Source of the DNA: a candidate division FCPU426 bacterium
Lineage (GTDB): Bacteria > Oederibacteriota > Muellerivitia > Muellerivitales > Muellerivitaceae
NCBI GenBank assembly: GCA_963830915.1
Contig: CAWHOE010000065.1
Coordinates: forward strand, 1 to 64,000
Length of the DNA stretch: 64,000 nucleotides
Direction: 5' to 3'
Each line of letters starts with the position of its first letter. Positions within the stretch are counted from its first letter, which is position 1. Positions 10,216-19,882 of this stretch are shown here, in pieces. Both the position numbers and the translations under genes were made by a program. The notes under the pieces were generated by a model. The model was not told the DNA's origin. It saw only the letters and a list, made by a program, of their open reading frames with translations, and ran no database searches.

Positions 10216-11431
10216 ATGGTAACTAAATTGAAAACATTTTTATTTTTTGTATGTTGTTTGAATTTAATCGGTTGCGGGTATTTTACCGACTCTTTTGAAA
10301 AAGCCGCTCAGCTGGACAAAAGTGGACAAAGTTTGGTGGCGATCCAAGCTTACCAAAAATATCTTAAGAGCCACCCTACTTCACAGTTAACCGCTTATAT
10401 TAATTATCGGATCGCGAAAAACTATGAAACACTTTCCGATTATGATTCCGCCCTAAATGTTTATTCGAAAATTTGCGCTGATTATCCACGGACAGACGAA
10501 GAGCTTCGTTCTTTATTGGCCATGGCATCCTTATATCGTGATAAGTTGAAAAATAATTCCAAAGCAGCGGAATACGAGCAGAGGTCTTTTTCCCGTTACC
10601 TGGATAACGTTGAAATCCGGGACGCGGTTCAATACTTGATCGATGGCCAATATTCTTCGGCAACAGCCCTTTACACTCAAAAGAATTTTAAGGGCGCGGC
10701 AGATTTTGCGGAGGGTATCTTCCAAGCATATCCCACCATTTTCATCGCGCCTGAGAGAAGAGAGAAAATCACATCCTTCATCGAGCGGGCCAGAAGGGCG
10801 GATAATATTTCGAAAGATGATTCGGACCTGATTGTTTTAAAATCCGAAGGACCATTCAATAGAAGTTATGAAAACGACTTTGAAGCAGACACCCAGAATG
10901 ATGAAAAAGGATATCCTTCCCCGGATGGGAATTTCTTGGTCAGCCGTCGGAAAGCAGGCAATGGGACTTATTATCTTTATGTGGCCAAGAATCCCCCAAA
11001 AGACCGATGAAGTTAAATTTAAGTTGATCGACCAAACTTTTGGCGCCAATCTTCCTTCTTGGTCGCCGGATAGTAAAAACCTTGTTTATGTACGAACGGT
11101 TAGGGGTTTGAGAAAATTGGAAAAAACAAACATATCAAATATCAACCAACCTTCCACTCAGACTCTTTTTTTCACAAAAAGTGATTCGTTGGGAACGAAA
11201 CCGGTCTATCACCCAACGGGGAATAAAATCGCTTTTGTATATTCCGGACATGTTTGGTTGATCAATTCAAATGGAACGAATAAATCATTATTGAAAACGA
11301 CGCAAAAACTTAACTATACTGCGCTTCTTGAATGGTCAATAGACGGGACAATGATCCGATGCCGACAAGAATCCAATGACCAGAAAATCGATGATTTGTT
11401 ATTGCTGGATGTTATTCCGAGCGGACTTTAA
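10216..11431 (+). CDS. TPR lipoprotein with C-terminal TolB/PD40-like repeats; apparent +1 frameshift near 10995
   Basis: Lipobox LIGC and TPR repeats in ORF 10210-11010. PD40-like SPDG motif, then PSWSPDS, YHPTG and WSIDG in ORF 10868-11431. The two frames join at the CCCCCAAAA run. Confidence 0.65.
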
Positions 11432-11448
11432 CTTTTAAGAGGGAACGC

Positions 11449-13311
11449 ATGAAAAGATTACCGGGTGTATTAATAGTATTCGTACTTTTTTCCCTTTCTT
11501 TTTCCAATCTTTTAAAAGCAGATCAAGGCGACGCCGCTATTCAGCCTTTGTTACAGGCGATCCAGGCCAATCCGAATGACGCAACTGCGCATTTCAATCT
11601 GGGAGTGGCATATTTCAATTCATCCAAATATGAACTGGCGTCCACTGAATTCCAAAAATGTCTTCAGATCAATTCGAATGATAAACAAGCCCGGGAATTA
11701 TACGAAAGCAGTCAAGGTATATCCGCTTACTATCAAAAAAATTATTCCGTCGCGGTAAACCATTTAAAAGAAACATTGAAATTGAACCCTAAAAACCCAA
11801 ATGCGAACCTTTTGTTGGGTGATTCTTATGTAAAATTAAATCAATATGAAAACGCGGAAAAGGCCTTGAAAGATTATGAATTAACATTTCCAGATGATAC
11901 TAAAGTGAAAATGAACGTGAACCAAGATCTATCAAAGATCTATATGGACCAAAAGGATTACAAAAACGCTGTTTTGTCCTTGAAACAGGTCGTCATGGTC
12001 GATCCACATAATTTCGATGGTTATCAAAATTTGGGAGTGGCTCATTTCCAACTAAAAGAATATTCGGAAGCCGCTGTGGCTTGGGAAAGAGCATTGGCAT
12101 TACAAAAAGACGCACAAACCTTCAAGTTTTTAGGGTTTTCTTATTACAACCTTGGTGATTTTCCGAAGGCGATCAGCAATTATCAACAATCCATCAAAAT
12201 GAACCCTAATGATTCTGAAACCTATTACAACCTTGCGGTCGCCTATAACGATAATAGCCTTTACGATGAGGCGGCGGATGCGTTCGATCAAGCCTTTAGG
12301 ATCGATCCAAAAGATTCAAACGCAGCGGTTGGTAAAGCTCAAGCCATTGATAGGGCGATCGATACCCACATGGAAAAAGCCAACGGGTTCTTGCTGAATA
12401 ACCAATATAGTGACGCCATTTCGGAATGGCAAAAGGTCCTTAAATATCAGCCGGACAATAAACAGGCTCAGGATTTCATCACAGACGCTCATACTAAATT
12501 AAGCGTTGAGGTTGACCGTCATTATACAAGCGGGATGAATTATTACAAAAAGGGGAAAGCTTTACAGGCTTTATCTGAATGGAACATGGCGTTGGAGATG
12601 GATCCCACCAATAGTCAAGTACAAGAGGCGATCAATAAAACCAAAGTTAATATTAAAGATAAGATCAAGGCTTTGGTTGAAGAAGGGGACGAGCTTTATC
12701 AAGAAAAAGATTACGCAGGTGCGTCACAAAAATATATTCTCGCGAGCAATATTAGCCCGAACAATGCAGGCGTTAAATCACGGCTGAAAAAATTGAAAAC
12801 CCAACAGGGAACCGAATTTGAGAAATATTATTCACTGGGACAAAAAGGACTAAAAAGCGGGGATTTGAAAAATGCCCTTAAATCGTTGGAGACGGCTTCT
12901 CGAATCGATCCTAATAATCCAAAGATCAAAGAAGCTCTGTTCTTCGCGAAAAAAGAAATAAGAAACAAGGTGGATTCCTTACTCGAGGAAGGCGCGTCTC
13001 TTCTAGATAACGGAAGTAAAAGTCAGGCACAATCGAAATTCCAAGACGTCCTGAATTTGGATCCGAACAACGATAAAGCCAACGATTATTTCAAGAAACT
13101 CACGGGTCAACAATCCCAAGAGAAAGTAGATGCGGAGAAAGTGAAGGCTCTTTACTATGATGGGATAAATCTTTATATTAACGGCAAGATCAATGAAGCC
13201 ATTAAAAAGTGGCAAGAATGTTTACAACAGGATCCCGGGAATATTAACGCGCAAAAGAACATTGAAAAGGCGAGGGCAAAACTTAATTCAATCGCGAGAT
13301 TGAATTCTTGA
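11449..13311 (+). CDS. Secreted multi-TPR protein
   Basis: Signal peptide followed by many TPR repeats (AHFNLGVAY, YQNLGVAH, YYNLAVAY, DP-x-N turns). Confidence 0.88.
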   Translation: MKRLPGVLIVFVLFSLSFSNLLKADQGDAAIQPLLQAIQANPNDATAHFNLGVAYFNSSKYELASTEFQKCLQINSNDKQARELYESSQGISAYYQKNYSVAVNHLKETLKLNPKNPNANLLLGDSYVKLNQYENAEKALKDYELTFPDDTKVKMNVNQDLSKIYMDQKDYKNAVLSLKQVVMVDPHNFDGYQNLGVAHFQLKEYSEAAVAWERALALQKDAQTFKFLGFSYYNLGDFPKAISNYQQSIKMNPNDSETYYNLAVAYNDNSLYDEAADAFDQAFRIDPKDSNAAVGKAQAIDRAIDTHMEKANGFLLNNQYSDAISEWQKVLKYQPDNKQAQDFITDAHTKLSVEVDRHYTSGMNYYKKGKALQALSEWNMALEMDPTNSQVQEAINKTKVNIKDKIKALVEEGDELYQEKDYAGASQKYILASNISPNNAGVKSRLKKLKTQQGTEFEKYYSLGQKGLKSGDLKNALKSLETASRIDPNNPKIKEALFFAKKEIRNKVDSLLEEGASLLDNGSKSQAQSKFQDVLNLDPNNDKANDYFKKLTGQQSQEKVDAEKVKALYYDGINLYINGKINEAIKKWQECLQQDPGNINAQKNIEKARAKLNSIARLNS

Positions 13312-13348
13312 TTGTTTCTCTTTTCTAGCAGCTTCCCATTTCAAAAAG

Positions 13349-13425
<77 letters not shown>

Positions 13426-13475
13426 TCTTTTTATAAAAACACGATCAAAACTTACGTTCTAAACGAGAGAGCGGC

Positions 13476-14993
13476 ATGAAATTCCTGGCCGGAGTGTTCG
13501 TGTTATTTACATATTTTGTTTGTTGGAATATCGTTTACGGACAAAACGAGATCGATACCTTCCAACCTTTTCATCAAGGTATGCCTTTGCTACTTCCCGG
13601 TTCTTCTACCTACTTAAGTGATATCCCGCATGATGTTAATTGGCTAGATGATCATGAGAAATATCGTTCGTTATTGGGAACCCTACTTAATTATTCAGAT
13701 TGGAGTTACGGAACTAATAAAAACACTCAAGAACCCGCTCCGGGCCTCTTGTTCGAGGAAATACCTTATCCTTTAAAATCAAATAGTATTTTTGGGTGGT
13801 TCCCCATGCTTAGTAATTCTGAATGGATGGATATGCCCGCGATGGCGTGGTGGGGAAGGGGGTTTTCAACGGGTGGAGTTCAAATCCTGGATGGAAGAGA
13901 TGATAAATCCATTGGCGGTTGGTTAGGAAATAATGGCAATGTGGGAGGAGCGGTAAATTATTGTAACGAAACATTTTCACTATCAGGTACTTATCAGCAC
14001 TCCATAAACTTGAATGAAATTAACGAGGACATGGCTGGTGTGGCAAAAGTGAAATGGCTAGAGACAGATTCACAACAGCTTTTGGGTGCCTTTCTAGGTT
14101 CTGTTGATTCAGTAAATAATTACTGGTGTGTCGCAAAATTGAATTGGAGCTTGAATACCGGTGATTTTCAAACATTAAAAATTATCCCCTACTACCAATC
14201 GGCTGCAGATATAGAATCCAACGCGCAAGTGCTGGGCGGCATTGTGAATTATGACATCAACCTCGCCGGTTTGATCGATTCGCAGTTTGGAATCGGAGAA
14301 AACCGGACGTTAAAAATAAGCAATGGTATTACCGACGATAGTAATAACGGCTATTTACAAAATACAGAAAAAATTGACGCACTTGGAATGCTGAATATCG
14401 ATTTAGCCTTTCGTTTGGACTTTTCCAGCGAAATGCCGACGGATTTCAGCACCATAATTGGGATCAAAAAAACCATTAATAATTTAGATTTGATCGGTGG
14501 GTATTATAAATCAGTATCGGGATATAATTTTAGTGATATTCAAACTGTGGAACTCGGATTTAATATACACGACTTAGAAACGTGGAGTTCTTCATTGAAA
14601 TATTTGCATAGAGATACAGATTTAGGGACTTTTGATGGTGGCGTTTTCCAACTAGTGTTTAATACTTCAATACCAAAAGAATTATTGATCAAATCCTTCG
14701 AGCTTAACGTAAAACAAGTTGAATTAAAAAATAACCAAGAATTGTGGACATTTGATACGAGTTTTGAAATCGCGGTTCGAATAATCGAAGAAATGAAACT
14801 CTGGTTTAAATACCGAAATATTGATATATCAAGACAAGATTTTTATGGGGAATCAGGGTTAGAATATGAGATTGGAAAAACAATTTCTTTGTTTGTTTTT
14901 CAATCTGATCTGGGTTTTCAATCCTTAATATCGAGAGATTGGGATCAAACTACCGGAATGCATTGGTGTGTTGGGTTCAGTATGAAATATTAA
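13476..14993 (+). CDS. Hypothetical outer-membrane beta-barrel protein
   Basis: Signal peptide, alternating amphipathic strands, C-terminal aromatic residue (VGFSMKY); PAMAWWGRGFSTGGVQI weakly resembles the end of a TonB-receptor plug. Confidence 0.55.
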   Translation: MKFLAGVFVLFTYFVCWNIVYGQNEIDTFQPFHQGMPLLLPGSSTYLSDIPHDVNWLDDHEKYRSLLGTLLNYSDWSYGTNKNTQEPAPGLLFEEIPYPLKSNSIFGWFPMLSNSEWMDMPAMAWWGRGFSTGGVQILDGRDDKSIGGWLGNNGNVGGAVNYCNETFSLSGTYQHSINLNEINEDMAGVAKVKWLETDSQQLLGAFLGSVDSVNNYWCVAKLNWSLNTGDFQTLKIIPYYQSAADIESNAQVLGGIVNYDINLAGLIDSQFGIGENRTLKISNGITDDSNNGYLQNTEKIDALGMLNIDLAFRLDFSSEMPTDFSTIIGIKKTINNLDLIGGYYKSVSGYNFSDIQTVELGFNIHDLETWSSSLKYLHRDTDLGTFDGGVFQLVFNTSIPKELLIKSFELNVKQVELKNNQELWTFDTSFEIAVRIIEEMKLWFKYRNIDISRQDFYGESGLEYEIGKTISLFVFQSDLGFQSLISRDWDQTTGMHWCVGFSMKY

Positions 14994-15032
14994 TTGAGCT
15001 GAGGCTATTCTAGGTTTGGAGAGAACGGGAAA

Positions 15033-15959
15033 ATGATAAAGAAAATAACCTTTCATTTCCTTTTGTTTTATCTATTTCTTCTTCAATCCTGCTGGCCCTC
15101 CGATCCAGGTACAAGTGGTTCTGACATATTAAAATCCCCGATCGGTGTTCGACCTGCCGCGCTTGGTGGTTCCTACGCCGCATTCGGCGACGATGTTTAT
15201 GTTATTGGCTATAACCCCGCGGGATTAGCTCGTGTTTCAAAATATAGTCTTGGCCTTGATCACATAGAAGGCTATGCGGGGATAGAAACGGAATCCTTGA
15301 GTGTTGCTATTCCCACACAAAGTTACGGGAATATCGGCGGGCAAATCATTTATCGCCATATGCCCTTGATCCAAAATACTTTGGCTACGGATCCCGCGGT
15401 TTCGGCTTATGATATTGTTGTAACTGTCGCAGACGCCCAGCAGTTTGGAGTGATAGCGATCGGAGGAGCGGTAAAAACCGTTTTTTCAAATTTGGGTGAA
15501 AAACAAGCGCTTTCGGAAGCGCTTGATCTGGGTTTCAAGATTCAATTTTTAGATACTGATTTCGCCGCGGTAATCCAAAATGTCGGCCCGGCGGTTCAAT
15601 ATCCTAATTCTCCGGCGCAAGATCCATTACCATTAACCTTTAGGTTGGGAATATCGAGACCGCTGATAGTTTCACCGTCTTCTACACTTTTGGCAAGTGT
15701 GGAGGGTATGAACGTACTTGATGATGGGAACGAAGCCTCGATTGGTTTGGAATATTGGCACAGGAGTATTTTGGCGCTTAGAGTTGGATACCATTTAACA
15801 GAACAAGGGAATCTAAACGGTGGATTTTCCGCTGGGGCTGGTTTGCGCTACAATTTGGGAAAATTGGAGTATGAAATTGGGTTCGCATGGCGGCCTTCGC
15901 AAATAAGTCAGACTTTCGTGACGGATTCATACATTTTCGGCTTATTATTTTGGTATTGA
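15033..15959 (+). CDS. PorV/PorQ(UPF0164)-like beta-barrel protein
   Basis: GTSGSDILKSPIGVRPAALGG..DD..YNPAGLA; QNVGP..DPLPLTFRLG; GLEYW..LALRVGY; aromatic C-terminus. Confidence 0.8.
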   Translation: MIKKITFHFLLFYLFLLQSCWPSDPGTSGSDILKSPIGVRPAALGGSYAAFGDDVYVIGYNPAGLARVSKYSLGLDHIEGYAGIETESLSVAIPTQSYGNIGGQIIYRHMPLIQNTLATDPAVSAYDIVVTVADAQQFGVIAIGGAVKTVFSNLGEKQALSEALDLGFKIQFLDTDFAAVIQNVGPAVQYPNSPAQDPLPLTFRLGISRPLIVSPSSTLLASVEGMNVLDDGNEASIGLEYWHRSILALRVGYHLTEQGNLNGGFSAGAGLRYNLGKLEYEIGFAWRPSQISQTFVTDSYIFGLLFWY

Positions 15960-15983
15960 TGTTGGCAAATAGAACAGTAAAGC

Positions 15984-16012
15984 TTGACAAGCCCTAGGCC
16001 CCTGAATAAACT
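15984..16012 (+). promoter_or_regulatory. Sigma70 promoter of rplU-rpmA
   Basis: TTGACA-17 nt-TAAACT. Confidence 0.65.
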
Positions 16013-16064
16013 CTTTATTCTTTGTTGCCCGGATTAAGGGCTGCGCATTCTCGAGGAGGGGTTC

Positions 16065-16379
16065 ATGTACGCCGTTATCATTGCGGGTGGTAAACAATAC
16101 CGTGTTTCTGAAGGTGATGTTATTAAGGTTGATCGATTAAAAGGGAACCCGGGTGATCCCATTGAATTTGAAAAGATCCTATTGCTGGAAAACAACGGCC
16201 AATTAAGCACTAAAAAAAGTGAAATTAAGGGCATGAAAGTAACCGGAAAGATTTTGTCAAATAGTCAGGGAAAAAAAATAAGGGTGTTTCGATATCGTCG
16301 GCGAAAGAACACCATGAAAACAAAAGGTTCGCGACCCAAATTCACGTCGGTCTCGATCGAAAAAATCACCAAAGCTTAA
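16065..16379 (+). CDS. rplU: 50S ribosomal protein L21
   Basis: MYAVIIAGGKQYRVSEGD; SD GAGGAGG. Confidence 0.97.
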   Translation: MYAVIIAGGKQYRVSEGDVIKVDRLKGNPGDPIEFEKILLLENNGQLSTKKSEIKGMKVTGKILSNSQGKKIRVFRYRRRKNTMKTKGSRPKFTSVSIEKITKA

Positions 16380-16394
16380 TTCAGGAGGCGAAAG

Positions 16395-16655
16395 ATGGGT
16401 CAGCATAAAGCGGGCGGTTCAACTCGTAATGGTCGGGATAGTAATAGTCAACGCCTCGGAATTAAAGCTTTTGGTGGCAACTTTGTGACGGCTGGAAGTA
16501 TTATTGTCCGCCAACGGGGCAGACGTTATAAACCCGGAAAGAATGTCGGGCTTGGGAAAGATGACACACTTTTTGCCAAGGTTTCCGGCTTAGTTACATT
16601 CCGCGAATTCAAACATGGGTTGAAGTCAATCAGCATTGAACAACCTCAAAATTAA
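16395..16655 (+). CDS. rpmA: 50S ribosomal protein L27
   Basis: [35 protein letters not shown]. Confidence 0.97.
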   Translation: MGQHKAGGSTRNGRDSNSQRLGIKAFGGNFVTAGSIIVRQRGRRYKPGKNVGLGKDDTLFAKVSGLVTFREFKHGLKSISIEQPQN

Positions 16656-16674
16656 CATTAAATCAATAAAAGTC

Positions 16675-16707
16675 AAAAAAACCCCACTATTAAGTGGGGT
16701 TTTTTTA
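16675..16707 (+). terminator. Intrinsic terminator after rpmA
   Basis: A-run/ACCCCACT-loop-AGTGGGGT/T-run. Confidence 0.85.
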
Positions 16708-16736
16708 TTTATGGATAAATTCGAAAACAGGCTTAA

Positions 16737-18032
16737 ATGATCATCGATGAAGTAACGATAACAATTGAAGCTGGTGATGGTGGGAACGGTTGTTTAAGTT
16801 TTCGCCGTGAAAAATTCATTCCTCGTGGGGGTCCAGACGGGGGAGATGGTGGAAGAGGAGGGGATATCTATTTAGAGGCGAGGCATGATGTTCGAACCCT
16901 TGTTGATTTTATATATCGCCCCCTTTTCCGAGCGCATCACGGTGAACATGGAAAAGGTAAGAACAAACATGGGAAAGATTCAACTCCAATCATAATTCCT
17001 GTCCCGGTTGGAACTATGGTTTGGTCGGAAAACAAGGAATTGATCGTTGACATGAATGAAAATGGGATGAAGTTCCTTATCGCTAAAGGAGGTCGAGGAG
17101 GTCGAGGGAATTCCTCTTTCACGACTTCAACCAAACAGGCGCCTCGATTAGCTGAAAAAGGAGAACCGGGTGAGAAAAAGGTTTTGCGTTTAGAATTAAA
17201 ACTCTTAGCCGATGTCGGTATTTTAGGTTTCCCAAACGCGGGTAAATCGACCCTTTTATCAAGGGTTACACATGCTCGGCCGAAAATCGCTGATTATCCT
17301 TTTACCACATTAGAGCCTCAATTAGGTGTGGTCCAGTTATCAGGAAATAGAAACTTCATATTAGCTGATGTACCAGGATTGATCGAGGGAGCGAGCCAAG
17401 GTAAAGGTCTAGGAATCCGTTTTTTAAGGCACCTTGAACGAACGAAAATGCTTGTCCATTTGGTGGACATCTCTACAGAACCTACCCTTAAGGAAATTGA
17501 GGAAAAAATAAAGGTAATTAAAAAGGAACTTTTAACTCACAATTTCCGTTTTGAAAAAATCCCCCAAATATTGGTTTTAACAAAAGTAGACACGATACAA
17601 AATCCAGCATTATTGGACCCGCTAGTTAAAAAACTTAAGAAAAAGCATAAGAATGTTTTTTGTATTTCCTCCGTGTCGGGTCAAGGAATAAATGACCTCA
17701 TGGAATTTCTTTGGAAGTTTTTGGAAAATTGGTCCGAAGAAATTGAGACAAAAACCCAAGACAATGAAAATATCTACACCGCCCAACCCAGGTTTCTAGT
17801 CGAAAAAAGAGAAGAGGCGTATTATGTATTCGGTAAGGAAATAGAAAAGTGGGTTGCGATGACAAATTTTAATAGTCCTGATGCGGTGGAAAGATTCCAT
17901 AAAATCCTATATCGCATGGGCGTTCTTAAAGAGCTTAAAAAGAAAGGGATAAAAGAAGGAGACCCTGTATTCATGGTTGATGAAGAATTGATCTATCAAA
18001 CGGATCGTTTAGGAACTAAGAATGAAAAATGA
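16737..18032 (+). CDS. obgE: GTPase ObgE
   Basis: Gly-rich Obg fold GGPDGGDGGRGG, GFPNAGKST, DYPFTT, DVPG, TKVD, C-terminal OCT domain. Confidence 0.97.
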   Translation: MIIDEVTITIEAGDGGNGCLSFRREKFIPRGGPDGGDGGRGGDIYLEARHDVRTLVDFIYRPLFRAHHGEHGKGKNKHGKDSTPIIIPVPVGTMVWSENKELIVDMNENGMKFLIAKGGRGGRGNSSFTTSTKQAPRLAEKGEPGEKKVLRLELKLLADVGILGFPNAGKSTLLSRVTHARPKIADYPFTTLEPQLGVVQLSGNRNFILADVPGLIEGASQGKGLGIRFLRHLERTKMLVHLVDISTEPTLKEIEEKIKVIKKELLTHNFRFEKIPQILVLTKVDTIQNPALLDPLVKKLKKKHKNVFCISSVSGQGINDLMEFLWKFLENWSEEIETKTQDNENIYTAQPRFLVEKREEAYYVFGKEIEKWVAMTNFNSPDAVERFHKILYRMGVLKELKKKGIKEGDPVFMVDEELIYQTDRLGTKNEK

Positions 18033-19164
18033 GCGAAAAAAATACCTGCCTCAAGTAAAAAGGCTCGTAATAAAGATCGGTAGTAGCTTATTGACGGACG
18101 TGAAGAAGAAAAGGATCGATGGGTCCTTTTTGTTGAAACTTGCCATGCAAATCAACCTTCTCAAGAAAAAGAAGATAAGAACTATCATTGTTACGTCAGG
18201 GGCAATTGCCGCCGGATTGTACGAATTAAAGCTCACGAAACGACCTAAAGATATACCTATGTTGCAAGCTCTTGCCTCGATCGGACAAAGCAATTTAATG
18301 CATGCCTATGAATCTACGTTCAAGAAATGTGGGCTTAAAGTTGGCCAAATCCTTTTGACACGCGATGATATTTCCGACCGGAACCGATATATAAACGCCC
18401 ATAATACGATCCTGAAATTGGTGGAAAATGATATTGTCCCAATAGTCAATGAAAACGACTCTGTAGCTGTGGAAGAAATAAAGTTCGGTGATAATGATAC
18501 TTTATCGGCTTTGGTGACACATATGACCGAGGCGGATTGTTTGATCATCTTGACGGATACGGATGGTTTTTTCGATGAAGATCCGCAAATTAACCCGAAT
18601 GCTAAATTGCTTTCAGAAGTTACTCAATGGGATGATAATTTTGAGCTGAAAGCGACGCAATCCAGATCGCGTGTAGGGACTGGTGGGATGATCACAAAAA
18701 TACAAGCGGCCAAAAACATGATGCGGTCTGGGATCCCGATGATAATCGCTAATGGGCGTAAGGGTGATGTCATAAGAAACATCATGAACAGTAAAACCAT
18801 CGGCACTTTTTTCAAGCCGTCGGATAAAAAAATGGCAAATCGGAAAAGATGGTTGACATGGATTGTTAAAACAAAAGGGGAAATACAAATAGACAATGGC
18901 GCTTTCAAAGCCATCGTAGAAAAAAAGAAAAGTTTATTGCCTAGCGGTGTTCAAGAGGTATATGGCGTATGGGCATCTGGCAGTGTGATCAGAATAATAG
19001 ATTCTCAAAAAAGGGAAGTGGCTAAAGGTATTTGTAATTATTCTTCTGATGATTTGAAAAAGATCAAGGGTCTAAAAACTTTAGAAATCGAATCTATTCT
19101 TGGCTGTAAAAGCGCAGATGAAGTGGTCCATACAGATGACATGGTGCGTACGGCTGAAAAATAA
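18022..19164 (+). CDS. proB: Glutamate 5-kinase
   Basis: VIKIGSS, SGAIAAG, NENDSV, FGDND, GTGGMITK, PUA domain (SLLPSGV). Confidence 0.96.
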   Translation: MKNERKKYLPQVKRLVIKIGSSLLTDVKKKRIDGSFLLKLAMQINLLKKKKIRTIIVTSGAIAAGLYELKLTKRPKDIPMLQALASIGQSNLMHAYESTFKKCGLKVGQILLTRDDISDRNRYINAHNTILKLVENDIVPIVNENDSVAVEEIKFGDNDTLSALVTHMTEADCLIILTDTDGFFDEDPQINPNAKLLSEVTQWDDNFELKATQSRSRVGTGGMITKIQAAKNMMRSGIPMIIANGRKGDVIRNIMNSKTIGTFFKPSDKKMANRKRWLTWIVKTKGEIQIDNGAFKAIVEKKKSLLPSGVQEVYGVWASGSVIRIIDSQKREVAKGICNYSSDDLKKIKGLKTLEIESILGCKSADEVVHTDDMVRTAEK

Positions 19165-19300
19165 AAGAAAAAAACAGTTATTTAATCTGAGAATGTTCTA
19201 ATACACTTTTATAATCAGTATAATATCGTTAAAATAGAAACTTGGCAAAATTAAAAAAAACCAATAAACATTTGACTCTGAAAAGTCACAAGGTTAATCA

Positions 19301-19867
19301 ATGCCTAAAAAAAATTACTACGAAATATTTAAACTTTATCCACCAATAGATCTAAACCATTTACAAGATGCTTATAAACAGCTTATTTTTGAAAATCACC
19401 CGGATCGTAACCCCTCAAAACAGGAATGGGCCATTGAAAAAACAATGGAAATTGTTGAAGCCTATTCCGTCCTTAGTGATCCAATCAAGCGTGAAATGTA
19501 CAATTTTCAAGTCAGGAATGATATCAGACGTGAAATAGGCGAGCTTTATGGGATGAAAAAAGGATTCTTGAAAGTCATGAAATCAAAAGAGGAAATCGAC
19601 GCAGAGGAATATTTCAATAAGGGAAATAAATATTTCGAAGAAAAGGACGCATGGAATCAAGCTCAGCATGAATGGGTCGCCGCGATAAAAATAATCCCTG
19701 GTTTTGTGAATGCCCATTTTAACTTGGGGGTTTTATATGGTTATCAGGGAAATTTTAAAGATGCGGTCGTTTGCTTTGAACGTGCCATCAAGTACAATCC
19801 AGAGGATTATGAAGCGAAAAAAGCATTGAGTACGGCAATGGGTTATGTTTATGGAAAAAAAGTTTAA
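19301..19867 (+). CDS. J-domain + TPR co-chaperone
   Basis: NYYEI...YKQL...HPDRN...EAYSVLSDP J-domain; C-terminal TPR (AHFNLGVLY). Confidence 0.85.
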   Translation: MPKKNYYEIFKLYPPIDLNHLQDAYKQLIFENHPDRNPSKQEWAIEKTMEIVEAYSVLSDPIKREMYNFQVRNDIRREIGELYGMKKGFLKVMKSKEEIDAEEYFNKGNKYFEEKDAWNQAQHEWVAAIKIIPGFVNAHFNLGVLYGYQGNFKDAVVCFERAIKYNPEDYEAKKALSTAMGYVYGKKV

Positions 19868-19882
19868 GAACGGATCTTTTTA

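Noticed and set aside
10990..11010. Programmed -1 frameshift at C CCA AAA
   Set aside because: Joining the two ORFs requires +1, not -1; a homopolymer error is simpler
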